A DNA stretch of 64,000 bases. It comes from Octopus sinensis. Taxonomy: Eukaryota. The stretch covers positions 62,260,464 through 62,324,463 of the forward strand of contig NC_043011.1 in assembly GCF_006345805.1 (NCBI RefSeq). The letters are read 5' to 3'. The notes under the pieces are model-generated. The model did no database searches. It was not told the DNA's origin and saw only the letters and a program-made list of their open reading frames with translations. A program made the position numbers and the translations under genes. This document shows, in pieces, positions 1 through 14,844 of this stretch; the stretch's first letter is position 1, and the number at the start of each line of letters is the position of its first letter.

Positions 1-129
1 ACAGGTACAACTCATTTTTGCTAGCTGAGTGGACTGGAGTAACGTGAGATAAAGTGTCTTGCTCAAGGACACAACTCATGACCTTTCGATTGTGAGTCGA
101 ATCTTCTAACCACTAAGCCACGCGCCTTC
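1..129 (-). mobile_element. tRNA-derived SINE, family C, 5' part (truncated by window edge)
   Basis: Reverse complement GAAGGCGCGTGGCTTAGTGGTTAGAAGATTCGACTCAC...GTGTCCTTGAGCAAGACACTTTA matches the copies at 23224 and 57662. Confidence 0.75.
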
Positions 130-469
130 CTGGAGGTTGAACTATTCCTGTTAGTTCACACACACACACATACACACGCACACACACACACACACATATA
201 TTTGTGTGTATATGTGTGTCTGAGTATACACACGCGCGCTCGCACACAAACACGCAAACACATTTTTTCCTTTATTCTTTTATTTGTGTCAATCATCTGA
301 CTTGCGCCACGCTGGAGCACCTCCTTGATATATATATAGCAAAAGAACGTGTTATAATTCTATTCCACAGCCACGCATATTTCCATTATCAGCTGCTCCA
401 CGGATATCATTATGGTTTCGACACCTGAGCAGTACCATACAATATATACATATATAATATATATAAATA

Positions 470-1092
<623 letters not shown>

Positions 1093-2702
1093 GCAACATC
1101 CTTGTCCAAGAAGCGTTCACACCAAACGACATTTCCGTCAAAACTCAACCTCTTTGTCAATTTGTTGTTATTGGCAAAGTTGCTTCCTTAACAAATGGAC
1201 ATCATCGACAGAAAGACTTCCCGGTCAAACAACATCATCTTCGTCACAAAATCGATCCTCTTTCAATCAATATCGTTCTGAAAGCAAATTCATTCACTAA
1301 AATCACATTCCTAGTGAAATCCCGATCAATCATTGCAAACCGGTCAAGCCAATATTTTTGTCAAACCAGCATCCTGCTCTGAATATCATTTTCCTCAAAG
1401 CAGCGTCATTGACATGACAGTACCAGGGTCGACGTAATATCTTTACAAATACGTCTTTCTTAAACATGGCAAATGCCATCTTTCTGAAAGCAACGTCATT
1501 GACAACACTGAATCGTTTTCAATGCAATGTTGTTGCTAAAGTTACATCTTTGTACAAACTATTTTCTCTAAAGCAAAGTTATTGACAAGGCAGTATTGTT
1601 GACAACGTAAAACTTTTTTCAAATTAACATCATTGTCTGTACAGCATGTATTATCAAACCTATACGCGCTTATGAAAGCAATATCTTTGTCATATTAACA
1701 TCCATTTTTTTCCTTAACGTCTCTGTCTCCAAAGCCCCACAGCAATTTATATTCGTTGATGAAGATTGCATGTATTTTTACACAAATGCACACAGATAAA
1801 CACTCGTACATAAACACATAGGAACACATAAGCAGGGAATCCTCACAAATTCTTACGAAACACACAAATGTACACACATGCTCGAGTATTGACTCAGTTG
1901 TTATTACACATACATGTAAAACCTGATACGCACGTACGCACAGTAGTGTAGTATGTAACTCTTACGTAATAATTATTTCTAATATAGGCAGGAGTCCAAC
2001 AATTTTGAGGGGAGGGCCTTGTTGATTGCATCAACCTCAGTACTTGATGAGGGCTTTATTACATCGACCCCGAAAGGATAAAGGGCAGAGTTGACAATGG
2101 CGGGATTTGAACTGAAAAGCAGAAATAATCCTCTCCACTCTAGGCACAAAGCCTGACACTTTGAGGGAAGGGCCTAATCGATTACATCGACCCCAATGTT
2201 TAAATAGACCCCGAAAGGATAAAGGGTAGAGTTGAACTCGGCGGAATTTGAACTCAGAACGTAAAAGCGGCGAAATACCGCTAAGCATTTGGCCCGGCCA
2301 GCTAATGATTCTACCATACTCAGCAATTTGTACGACGCGCTAATGATTCTGCCAGCTCGCAACCTTAAATTTACAGTTCCCACACACACACACACACACA
2401 CGAAGGCATATAAGACAAAATGGAGGCCCAAATAGTTGTTATTGTTAAGCGTCAGCTCATCCTCACAGGCGTTCCAGCCGTGCTCATCTCGACTTTCTTT
2501 TTATCAGACGTTATGTTTTTTACAACTACATTATACCATGGGCTCTTCCTCTTTGAGGTGATAAAACACTATTTGTGGAATATTTGGCTGCTGTTTCTGG
2601 CAGGTTGATCTACCATATAATGCGAGCCTCTCTTTGGGTGGTTTCGTTGTAATCAATAAACGAGATTTTAAAAAGTAGAAATGTATTCAGCTTCAAGTCA
2701 GC

Positions 2703-2756
<54 letters not shown>

Positions 2757-2914
2757 AGAGAGGAAGAGAGAGAGAAGGAGAGAGTGAGAGAGGGGGAGAG
2801 TTATGTGCGCGCGCGTGCGTGTGTGGAGGAGAGAGAGGGAGAAATTGAACAGATCATGACGTCAATGTGAAGTGGTTGTCATGACAATTACAAACACAAA
2901 GGAACAAACTGTTA

Positions 2915-2985
<71 letters not shown>

Positions 2986-3026
2986 CACAGGCACACATAT
3001 GCGTACATACACAGACATACACATGC

Positions 3027-3070
<44 letters not shown>

Positions 3071-3111
3071 TTATTAATATATATAACCGCATCTACGCTC
3101 ATATAAGTATA

Positions 3112-3534
3112 TATTTCTTTATTGCCCCACAGGGGGCTAAACATAGAGGAGACAAAGAAGGACAGACAAACGGATTAAGTCGATTATGTCGACCCCAGCG
3201 CGTAACTGGTACTTATTTAAACGATCCCAAAAGAATGAGAGGCAAAGTCGACCTCGGCGGAATTTGAACTCAGGACGTAACGGCAGACGAAATACCTATT
3301 TCTTTACTACCCACAAGCGGCTAAACACAGAGAGGACAAACAAGGACAGACAAACGGATTAAGTCGATTACATCGACCCCAGGGCGTACTTAAGAACTGG
3401 TACTTAATTTATCGACCCTGAAAGGAGGAAAGGCAAATTCGACCGCGGCGGAATTTGAACTCAGGACGTAGCGGCAGACGAAATACTGCTAAGCATTTCG
3501 CCCGGCGTGCTAACGATTCTGCCGGCTCGCCGCC
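3112..3534 (-). mobile_element. SINE family B, body duplicated in tandem
   Basis: Reverse complement GGCGGCGAGCCGGCAGAATCGTTAGCACGCCGGGCGAAATGCTTAGC followed by two copies of the GTCGA(C/A)TTTGCCT..TC body; same family at 6217, 9271, 52654. Confidence 0.8.
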
Positions 3535-4020
3535 TGGACTGGAGCAATGTAAAAGCGTCTTGTTCAAGGCTACAATGCACTGCCAAGAATCGAACTCGAG
3601 ACATTGCTATCATGAGCCGAATACCTTAACCACATGCCATTCTCAGTAACAGCAGCGACACCTGGACGACAAAGCCGATCCAATTGGAGGGTCCTAAGAC
3701 TGTCCAAAGTGTAAGTTGATGGAATCAGTTGATTCAATGAGTTAATATGGAAGGGAAAGTAATTAGATTTAATTACGATGTCAGCATCGGAGTTGGGAAA
3801 GCGGGGAATCGACGGGAGACCGTTTCGAGAGAAATCCGGTCTTCATTGAAGGACTCACGTCAGATGTCATCGGCTCAGTATAAGTATTATTAGAACTCTA
3901 CATACACACATACACACACACACACACACACGCACACACGCACACACACACGCACATCACACACGCACACGCACACACGCACACACACGGACACATACGC
4001 ACGCACGCACAAACACGCAC

Positions 4021-4064
<44 letters not shown>

Positions 4065-4467
4065 ACACACACACACAACACACACACGCACACACACACA
4101 CACACGCTCACACACGTACATCACAAATGCGCACACGCACACAAACACACACACATACGCACGCACGCACACACGCACACACACACGCACATCACACATG
4201 CACACGCACACAACACACACACGGACACATACGCACGCACGCACAAACACGCACACACACGCACACACATGCGCGCACACATACACACGCACATACACAC
4301 ATACGCACGCACACACACACACACACGCTCACACACGCACATCACAAATGCGCACACGCACACAAACACACACACATACGCACGCACACACGCATGGACA
4401 CACGCACGCACAAGATGTATTCATTGATATAGACGCGCGCACATACACACATTTATGCATATGTGTG

Positions 4468-4507
<40 letters not shown>

Positions 4508-4796
4508 TAAATGTTCGTTTTTATATTCAGTTGTAATGAAAACTATTTCATATTTAATCTGATGGCTTTCTCTATACTTTTCTTGGGTTCAAAATTATTA
4601 TTCTTAACCAAGAGTATTATTGATAGTGACTTCGAAGTTTCGGCCAGTAAACCCGTCGTCGCACGACGCTTTAACTTGCTCGACTTCCAAGTCACTGTTG
4701 ATGATATTCTTATTCAAGAATAGCACACACACACACACACACGCTCACGCGCGCATATGTAGTTATCATATCTGGCTCTAGCTTCAAGATTGCAAG

Positions 4797-5095
4797 TGAA
4801 GGCGCGTGGCCTCCTGGTTAGAATATTCGGCTCATGACCGCAAGATTGTGAATTCGATTCCCGGTAGCTCCGTATGTCCTCTCGTTGCGTTGCTGCAGTC
4901 CTCTCAGGCGGCAAGAAGTAGCTGCACCTGTAAGTCAAAAGATCCGGTCTTGTCACGCTCAATCTTCCCCGAGGACTACCTTAAGGATACTCGTGTCTGT
5001 GGAGTCCTCAACCACTTGCAAGTTAATTTCACGAACAGGCTGTTCCGTTGATTGGATCAACTAGGACCCTTGTCGTCGCAACCGACGGAGAGCCA
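4797..5095 (+). mobile_element. SINE family C, diverged, second tail type
   Basis: GTGAAGGCGCGTGGCCTCCTGGTTAGAAT head; tail CGTCGCAACCGACGGAG shared with 23224-23549. Confidence 0.7.
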
Positions 5096-5794
5096 GGTAC
5101 AAGAACGGTTCACCAGTTAGGAAGTTCACTTCGCAAAAATGCACTTTCGAGTTTAGCTCCATTGCATGGTAGTCCGGAAGGCGTCTTCTATGGTAGTTCG
5201 GTTCCGCTTTAAATATTTCGAGTGAATCTGGGAGGCGGAAACTGTGTAGAAGCCCATCGTATTTATACATACAAGCATACATACATGGGCATTCACATAC
5301 ACACACATACTTAAGTCCTTCACTCCCTATGAAGCATAGGCCATCGACGACCTTCTCCCACTATTTTCCTACTCTGGCTTGTCTTTCCCTGAGGGAAGGC
5401 CCTTCTTTGTCAGGTCTTGTTAATTTTGAATTGTTATCGATGCTTCTGTTACTTTATTTTTTTTCCAATTAGAAGCATTGTTCCTATGTAAATCCATTTT
5501 TAACTCTGGGACGAAGTGGTCCTTATTAATTTGGCCAGTATCCTTTGACCTGTCCAGTATAGGAGGCCTTACCAAGAGGTTGTGCAATGCTGGCATAACC
5601 TTCAGCGTCTTTGGGGCACACGAGCTACAGTACTGCAACAATGGCCTACATCTCTGAAGAGTACGTGGTGCTAGTTTACCGTGCTGTTATCTAATATCTG
5701 GTTATTGATATCGGATTCACAGTGCGAAACCGATTACTAAGAACGGTTGAAATGAATCTATGATACTGTTTATACTTGTGTGTGTGTATGTGTG

Positions 5795-5883
<89 letters not shown>

Positions 5884-5890
5884 ATATATA

Positions 5891-5946
<56 letters not shown>

Positions 5947-6216
5947 TTGTGTGTGTGTGTGTAAATGAGGTTGGAAGGAAAGTATTGGCAACCTTTGGTC
6001 TAGAATGAGGAGAAACTGAGAGAGAAAAATGTTCCAAGAAAAACTAATCCGGGCTCTTAAAGCTTCATTTCCGTTGTTAGAACGCACATATCTCACCGGA
6101 TCCATTGCTGAGGGGCCTCTTTCCAATTCAGTATGCTGTGGCTGATAGAAGTCCGATTTAAATTCATTTTAAAAGGGTAAAATCGATAGGAATTTTACCA
6201 CAGTGGTATAAAGTAA

Positions 6217-6421
6217 GGCAGAAACGTTAGCACGCCGGGCGAAATGCTTAGCAGTATTTCGTCTGCGTTACGTTGTGAGTTCAAATTCCACCGAGGTCGA
6301 CTTTGCCGCTCATCCTTTCGTACCAGTTACGCACTGGGGTCGATGTAATCGACTTAATACCTATGTCTGTCCTTGTTTGTCCCCTCTGTGTTTAGCCCCT
6401 TGTGGGTAATAAAGAAATAGG
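6217..6421 (+). mobile_element. SINE family B
   Basis: GGCAGAAACGTTAGCACGCCGGGCGAAATGCTTAGC ... TTTAGCCCCTTGTGGGTAATAAAGAAATA. Confidence 0.8.
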
Positions 6422-6893
6422 TATAAAGTAAGCTGCAAAGAATGAGAGAAAGAAACCTCATTAGAACACAGAGCTTAATGCTTCTCCTGCTTTGTGTATG
6501 GAGGAAGTACCTTCTCGGTGATCAAAACGTGACAGGTCTTTCTTTCCCATCTAACACACACAGTTGTTATGCTTATGTGACATGAGATCCGTTCTGCCTG
6601 GCCAGATTATAGATTACTGGTTGTGTTATTTTTGTTTGTTTGTTTGTTGTGTTTAATAAATAAATGACAGGCTGTGGTTTGTTGTTGTAATGATATGAGT
6701 TGGAAGGTGAAGGAAGGATAGGCGTGCGACGGGATATGTCAGAAATATAGGAAGCTTTATCATAAGAGATATAACACAATATCGTACGAAATAGGTAAGT
6801 GAAGGAGTAATTATCGGCTTTAATAGCGAAGAGAAAGATAGACGGATAGATAGGTAGATAGATAGAGAAATAGTAAGGGAGAGAGAGGTGTGA

Positions 6894-6926
<33 letters not shown>

Positions 6927-7544
6927 AGGAGAGGTATAATGCTGAGAAAGTACTAATAATAAACGGAAGCTGAAGATAATGAATGGTATGAGTGAAGTTG
7001 ATATCGTATTTTATCACAACTGTTTCACAGTGGTATTGTAGCTTTTGTCACTTTTGTCTCCGGTTTAGTTATAACTCGGATTACATTCTCCAGACTCGCT
7101 GGACGAAATGCTTAACCGTATCACGCCCATCGCTACCGTTCTGAGTTCAAATTCTTTGCTCGTCATCCTTTGCTCGTCATCCTTTGCTCGTCATCCTTTC
7201 GAGGTCGATAAGTTAAGAACCGGCTGATGTAATCGACTAGTCTGCTCCCCACGAAATTTCAGGCCTTGTGCGCCTATAGTAGAAAGAATTTAGAACTTAA
7301 CGGTATTTCGCCTGTCGCAACGTTCTGAGTTCAAATTCCGCCGATGTCGACTTTACCTTTTATCCTTTCGGGGGTCAATAAAATGAGTCCCAGTTGGATT
7401 CAATGTAATCGACTTATCTCCTCTCCCGAAATTGCTGGTATTGTGCCAAAAATTTGGAACCATTGTTATTAGTAATAAGGCGGTGGGCTGAGAAAGCTCT
7501 AAGCAAGATCAAGACAAGTGCTGGGCTACAACGGGGGGGGGGGC

Positions 7545-8320
7545 TTTATAATAATCTGAGATACGCAGACGATACGGCTTTGTTTGCGGTCACAAAAGAG
7601 AAGCTTCAGGGATTGATTAATATCGGTGACCGAGGAGAGTGGAAAGCTTGGATTGACGATTAACTGCCAGAGAAACCTTCTGGAAGGTCTGTGCCAAGAA
7701 AGCACAGGTACCCGGATGTCGCTTGAGGGTGAATGGAACTGGGATAGAGTAGAAGGACAGTTTCATAAATCTGGGAATGGTCAGATAAGGACATCAAGTG
7801 CAGAATTGGATTAGCAAAGAAGGCTTTTATGGATATTAAGGACGCATTCTTTGTGCAAAGAGAATTGGAATGGAGGTCAAAAAAGACTACTGAAGTGCTA
7901 CATCTGGGCGGTGCTAACGTTTGGATGTGAGTCTTGGACAATAAGCAAAGTCATGGAGAAGAGACACAACGCTGCAGAAATGTGGTTTTATAGAAAAATT
8001 GCTTAAAATCTCGTGGGTACAGAGGGAGAGGAATGTGGAAGCGCTAAAGAAGATGAAAGTGAAGAGACAGATGATGGATATTATCAGAGGGAAACAGTGG
8101 AGATTTTTGATGGTCATTTTCTCATTTTCTCAGAGAGGCTGACGGAATGGAGCATTACATGGTGGAAACATGGTGGGAAGGAGAGCGAGAGGAAGGCAGA
8201 GAGTGAATCATGTTCGAATGGATGAAGGAGAGAAAAGAAGGTTCAGAGCGAGAAAGACCTGTGTGATGTTGCAAGAGACAGAAATAAATGGAGAAGGAAC
8301 CAGCCATGATTCGTCAACGG
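7545..8320 (+). pseudogene. Decayed RTE-type LINE ORF2, 3' fragment (reverse transcriptase)
   Basis: NNLRYADDTAL (RT YADD motif) at ~7550-7580; downstream frame reads KCYIWAVLTFGCESWT and AAEMWFYRK, typical RTE-clade C-terminal motifs; several frameshifts. Confidence 0.8.
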
Positions 8321-8392
8321 AAGCTTAAATAATAAACCGCGATAGGCGAACAGCGATGTGCAAACCGCGATATGGCAAGGAATTATTGTATA

Positions 8393-8690
8393 CTAGCAGT
8401 ATCGCCCGGCGTTGCTCGGGTTTGTAAGGGAAATGACTATATAAGCATTTTTAAAGAGTTACTTCCCTTATATAATAGCAAAAAAATGCATTAAAGATGG
8501 GAAAAAATGATGGTAAATTTTTTTTAAATCGTAGACTCATCGTAGACGCGCGCTAATACCCAGAAGGGCTCGATATAAATCACGACTATAAGATACCCGC
8601 TTTTGGTTAAATTGCACCGCAAAATGTGGGAGTAGTTAGGAATCTAAATCGTAGGAGACAGACACACAACTTCTCTTTTATATATAAAGA
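8393..8690 (-). mobile_element. Non-autonomous Helitron-like element
   Basis: On minus strand 5'-TC...CCCGAGCAACGCCGGG hairpin...CTAG-3', inserted between A and T with no TSD; same 3' end at 27221-27249. Confidence 0.75.
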
Positions 8691-9270
8691 TATGTATTAT
8701 ATATGTAATGTATATGCAATTAAGAAGCTTGCTTCCTAACCTCATGGTTCTAGGTTCAGTCTCACTGCGTGGCACCTTAGGCAAGTTTCTTCTTCTATAA
8801 CCTCAAACCGACCAAAGCCTTGTAAGTGCATTTTTTTGTGTTTTGTCCGTGGAAAAATTTTCTTGGGTGAAACCGGTTCATGGCGCAAAAAGGTTGGGAA
8901 CGGCTGGCGTTATCGACCCGTCTCTTAACTGCCTCCTGGTGAGGCTGTATAGGCTGCTAGAGAATAACCTCTTCCATTTTAGAAGGCCCTTGGTGTGGCC
9001 TATACTTCCATTTAGATAATGTTTCATCCGGTTTTGATTTTCACTTTCTCTCCTTACCTGAATTAGTAAACGTTCTGCCTTTGCTCCGGAAATGTTTGTC
9101 ACCCTGTAAAATTGCCGGAGTTTTTTTTTTTTTGCGCAATCTGTACAATAAATTATAGATGACAGACGTTTGCGACTGTCTCATTTACGCAATAAATTTA
9201 ATTCTTTAATTTACGAAAAGTAGTGACGGCTGAAGACTTAGAGATAAACTCCTTAGCAAAGATTATTATG

Positions 9271-9646
9271 AGAGCTGGCAGAAACGTTAGCACGTCGGGC
9301 GAAATGCTTAGCGTCATTTCGTCTGCCACTACGTTCTGAGTTCAAATTCCGCCGAGGTCGAATTTGCCTTTCATCCCTTCGGGGTCGATTAAATAAGTAC
9401 CAGTTACGCACTGGGGTCAATATAGTCGACTTAATCCGTTTGTCTGTCCTTGTTTGTCCTCTCTGTGTTTAGCCCCTTGTGGGTAGTAAAGAAATAGGTA
9501 TTTCATCGGCCGCTACGTTCTGAGTTCAAATTCCGCCGAGGTCGACTTTGCCTCTCATCCTTTCGGGGTCGATTAAATAAGTACCAGTTACGCACAGGGG
9601 TCGATATAATCGACTTAATCCGTTTGCCTGTCCTTGTTTGTCCTCT
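9271..9646 (+). mobile_element. SINE family B, body duplicated in tandem
   Basis: Head GAGCTGGCAGAAACGTTAGCAC followed by two copies of GTTCTGAGTTCAAATTCCGCCGAGGTCG...GTCCTTGTTTGTCCTCT. Confidence 0.8.
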
Positions 9647-9840
9647 TGACGCTTTAGTATTTCGTCCATGATGGTCATTCGCTACCAGTTGACTGAGAAA
9701 TTATTCACGAAGAGCCAGATTTATGCTGAACCTCAGACTTTTTGTTTTTCTAGAGGTAGCGTAAAATGGATCCAATTGCAATTTTCCTCACCACTCATTA
9801 CCAAAGCTGTAAAATAAGGAACAAACAATTAATAAGCATA

Positions 9841-10180
9841 TTCTTTTACTTGTTTCAGTCATTTGACTGTGGCCATGCTGGAGCACCGCCGCTTTAGTCG
9901 AACTAATCGACCCCGGGACTTGTTCTTTGTAAGCCTAGTACTTATTCTATCGGTCGTTTGCCGAACCGCTAAGTTACGGGTACGTAAGCACACCAACGTC
10001 GGTTGTCAAGCGATGGTGGGGGAACAAACACAGACACACACGCACACACACACACACGCTCATATATATCTTTCAGTTTCCGTCTACCAAATCCACTCAC
10101 AAGGCTTTGGTAGGCTGGAGGCTATGGTAGAAGACACTTGCCCAAGGTGCCACACAATGGGACTGAACCCGGAACCATGT
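9841..10180 (-). mobile_element. SINE family A
   Basis: CTTTTACTTGTTTCAGTCATTTGACTGTGGCCATGCTGGAGCACCGCC...GGGACTGAACCCGGAACCATGTG. Confidence 0.8.
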
Positions 10181-11021
10181 GCCTCTATGTTTATATATGA
10201 AAATAAGGAATAAATAATCCAGTAACAAGTGGACAAGTTGTCAAATTACTGATATAACCTGGTGATACAAGTTGCCAAAAATCAATCAGTGAAAATTCGA
10301 AAAAAGTTTTGACTCAACTCCGTTTATCCAAAAATTTTGTCGAGTGTTAAATATTCTAGAATTTAGAATTTGTTGGTGGTGTTTAATACTTGTCATTCTG
10401 TAGAGGAATCACGGATCAGGGATCAGGAATCATTCACCAAGGGCCAGAGATATTCATAACTTGTGACTAGGGTTGAATATTGAAAAAATAGTATTTTGTT
10501 AGTGGTGGTCATTACAGAGGAATTATGAACCAGTCACCTCGTGCTAAAGATATTCCTTACAACACTGCAACTTGATATGTTTATGGAACATTATTTGAAA
10601 TTCAATTCCAGGAATCATCTTATCTCGATGGCTTTCTTATTGATTTCTTTATGATTTCCGGGTTCTTCCACCCGACCACTTAAGTTTTTGGTAATATTCC
10701 AAATCTCACGAAGTAGGCGTTTGCTTGAAAATCGAAACTTCCCTCATCTTCTTGTTTCAATCATCTTCTTGCTTCAAACCATAATGGATTTTGCAACACA
10801 AAGATGAGACAATTCGTGACCAGAATCTCATCGTGCCAAACTTTTGCCATGCATTGAACTCAAAACCTAGATGTGCTTGTATATTTACATTATTGACCGA
10901 TATTTGTCCTCATCTTGTTTGTTGTTTCGGCTGATATACTCCCCAGCCTGCATCCAGGTGTCTTGGGGAAATTTGGAACCTGGGTTCTCATTCCTAAGGT
11001 ATTTTTCGATGTTGTTGTTGT

Positions 11022-11044
11022 TATTGTTATTATTATTATTATTA

Positions 11045-11110
<66 letters not shown>

Positions 11111-11117
11111 GATTATG

Positions 11118-11178
<61 letters not shown>
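11022..11178. repeat. (TTA)n microsatellite
   Basis: Direct reading. Confidence 0.95.
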
Positions 11179-11179
<1 letters not shown>

Positions 11180-11740
11180 CATTGAGTGAGAGAGCAGTGC
11201 ATGCCATCAAAGTGACACTGGGGTAAAATATACGAAGCCCAATATACCCATCATGACTACCCGTCTGATAAAGGTACACCAGGCACATGCATCACAACCA
11301 TATGTGCGCGACATGGTGATCTCATATCAAGATAAACAGCACATGACCTTGCAGGTGGGGCCCAGTTAGAATTTTCTTCAGGTTGAGTAGCCCATCCCGC
11401 TCAAACGGTCCCTGAATAAGGGTTGTTTAATGATGTTGAAAAAAACCACCCATGTTTCCAGAGGTGAATTATTCAAACCCCAAAGAATCCCTCTCAACAG
11501 ACGGCTATGATGCTTCCCCATTACTTCTGCTCGTGATCAGAGATGCACATATCGTCAGCCACTAAGGGACATGCTCAACTGGTTAAGGTCAAACAACTGA
11601 CAAGCAAATCTGTGGTATTGAGCAGAATATTTGCTGTAGCCCATCTTTTATACCAAGACAAAACAATGTACATGATAACACTTCCAATCAGTTAAGATCA
11701 GAAGCCATGAGAGCCACTGCCTGGTACTGCATCAGGGCAT
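11180..11740 (-). mobile_element. Probable retroposon fragment embedded in (TAA)n repeats (R4/Dong-like target preference)
   Basis: 560-bp complex block flanked on both sides by (TTA)n; no ORF recognised, so the family call is inference. Confidence 0.35.
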
Positions 11741-11752
11741 TTATTATTATTA

Positions 11753-11808
<56 letters not shown>

Positions 11809-11927
11809 TCATTGCCTGGAATCGAACTCGGAATCTTGGTGTTAGTAGCATTCGACCTAGTTGCTACAAATAACATCGCCCACAACCATCACTACTGTTA
11901 CCATCAGGATCACGATCATCGTCGTCG

Positions 11928-12029
11928 TCATCATCATCATCCTCATCATCATCATCATCATCCTCATCATCATCATCATCCATCATCATCATCATCTCAT
12001 CATCATCATCATCATCCTCCTCCTCCTCC

Positions 12030-12066
<37 letters not shown>

Positions 12067-12103
12067 CCTCATCATCATCATCATCATCATCATCATCTCA
12101 TCC

Positions 12104-12165
<62 letters not shown>

Positions 12166-12281
12166 TCATCATCATCATCCTCCTCCTCCTCCTCCTCCTC
12201 ATCATCATCATCATCATCATCATCCTCATCATCATCCTCATCATCCTCATCCTCCTCCTCCTCCTCCTCATCATCATCATC
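11928..12281. repeat. (CAT)n/(CCT)n compound microsatellite
   Basis: Direct reading. Confidence 0.95.
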
Positions 12282-13995
12282 TATGAACACTTACAACGTC
12301 AACCCTTTGTCCACCCGGGTCTTCCAGTTCAATCAAGGCTGAGTACCGTTGCGTAATCATGATAAACTCTCGGAAACATTTGTTGCGCAGGTTCGAATCG
12401 TACCTTTAGTAGTTAACTTTCCTTGCTTGCTTTTTTCTTTTCATCTTTGGTAGTATTCAATAAATTAGAGAGACGCCGGCCCCACGATTAGCAGCTAAGA
12501 CTGTATACATGTGATGACAATGACGACGATGATGATAGTGATGATGATGATGAGAATGAGGATAATGATTGTGAATCGGATAAAGAAGATGATGATGATG
12601 ATGATGATGATTGAGATGATGGTGATGATGATGGTGACGATAATGACGATGATGACGATGATAACGATGGTGGTGATAATGGTGATGATGATGACGATGA
12701 TGATGATAATGGTACTGATGACGATGATGATGGTGAACAGGATAAAGAAGATGATGATGACGGCAGTGGTGGTGGCGATGGTGTTGGTGTTGGTGATATT
12801 GTTATGGTGATGAAAAAGATGAGGATGATAGTTGTGGAGGTAGCGTTGGCACTGCTGCTGCTGCTGCTAACGATGCTGATGTTAATATTGATGATGATGC
12901 TTCATGGCGTATAGGAGGGTCTGATGCAACAAACCTGTGACGTAAACAATAAGAACAACAATAAAACCATTTTGTTTACAAGAAACTTCATCGTCTAATG
13001 TGTCTACTCAATCATGGCTGACCTGGAGGCCAAGCAACAGCAGCAGCAAAACTATTATCACATCTTTCACTGCCGTTACTCATGTCTCCTTCACCTCCAA
13101 CACCACCACCACCACCACCACCACCACCACCACCACCACCTCCGCCACTACCGCTGCCGCCGCCGCTCTCGCATTAATAACATTAGCTACAATAACGATA
13201 ACAACACGAAATTATTGTCACCATGACAATTACAATCATACCTTCACAACTACCACAATCAGGACAACTACCACCACCATTACCACCCTCTCCACTACTA
13301 CCACTACCACCACCACCACCCCACCACCACCACCACCGCCACCACCACCACCACCACCACAACCGCCGCCACTACCACCACCAACACCACCACCACCACC
13401 ACACCACCACCACCACCACCAAAAACCATGCCACGATTGCCACCTCCACTGCCGCCATTATTACGACGATGCCTCCGACGCCTCAGCCAATGAAAGGTGA
13501 TTTGATAGTTTTCCTCGCTAAAAATTCCTGGCGTCATTTGTACGCTTTCGGTGTCTGTTGTTGATGGTTTTTTACTGTAAATGCTCTCTCATCAATGAAG
13601 ATTACTTAGAATTGTATCGCCTGGGCAGCTGGTGGATCCGTCTCAGCTCTGGTACGGGGGGGGGGAGCGGGGACGGATGGTGTCGGCGTTGGTGGAGGTG
13701 GTGGTTTTAGGTGTTGTTGTTGTTGGTGGTGGTAGAGGTGGTTTTAGTGGTGGTGATGATTCTAGTGGAAGTGGTGCTGGTGGAGAGGAGGTGCCGATAG
13801 AGTTATTGGTGGCAGTGGTTGGTGGAGGTGTAGGTGGTGGTGGTGTAGGTGGTGGTGGTGTAGGTGGAGGTAACATTTTCTTTTTTTACCGATCTGCGAA
13901 GTTACGGGGTCGTAAACATACCAACACCGGCTGGCAAGTAAAGAGAGACAAATACAGTCACACACACACATTCCCATCCGAACAACCCTCTCCCA

Positions 13996-14031
<36 letters not shown>

Positions 14032-14844
14032 GACACGGACATTTGAGATGAAACAGAACGCATAGAGTCTAGCAGAAGGATGCTTCGGGGTGGGTGGTCA
14101 TATTTGGAAAAGCGACAGAGTACAATAAATGAAATTACCTTGGAAAGTAGAGTATCCAACGTATCGGACATTGTTCTTCATCAGAGAAAGGATGTGTATG
14201 TGTATACATACATACATACATACGTATGTATGTGTGTGTGTGTACATGCGGGGTGTGTGTAGATACTTGCATATATATATTTACATACACAAAAATGAAT
14301 ATATATATATATATGCACTCAAGGATAAAATCTTTATGAGATTTTATCAAGTGGCCAGTATGTAATGAACCATGTAGGTAATAATTAATACGAGTATATA
14401 TCTCTTATATAAAATCCGTTCTGTGTGTGTGTATGTGTGTGTGTGTGTATGTGTGTGTGTGTGTGTGTATGTGTGTGTGTGTGTATGTGTGTGCGTGTGT
14501 GTAGCTTCTAGGATCTCAGACATCCTCCATCCGATTGCGCACAAATTTGATATGTAGATACCGACGGTATCAGGGCGTGTATAAGTCTTGAAAAGTTACA
14601 AAAATCGATTCCAGGTGAGAATGCGATCGATAAAACCGTGGGAAATCCTTTTTCTTTGGAATAGAAAAAAAAAGCCAGCTTTATTTCTTTTGCTGGTATC
14701 TCAAATTTAGGTTAAATCAGTGTTTCTCAAAGGGGAGACCTACGGGACGGTCGGACAAGTTGTTTTGAGAAAATTTGGTTTAAATGTTTGACAACTCATC
14801 GCCATCCATTGGGCGGGGGGCGTTTTGCTCGTAATCATATGAAT

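Noticed and set aside
11707-13564. His-, Pro-, Ser-, Met- and Thr-rich ORFs
   Set aside because: Trinucleotide microsatellites open in several frames with no domain content
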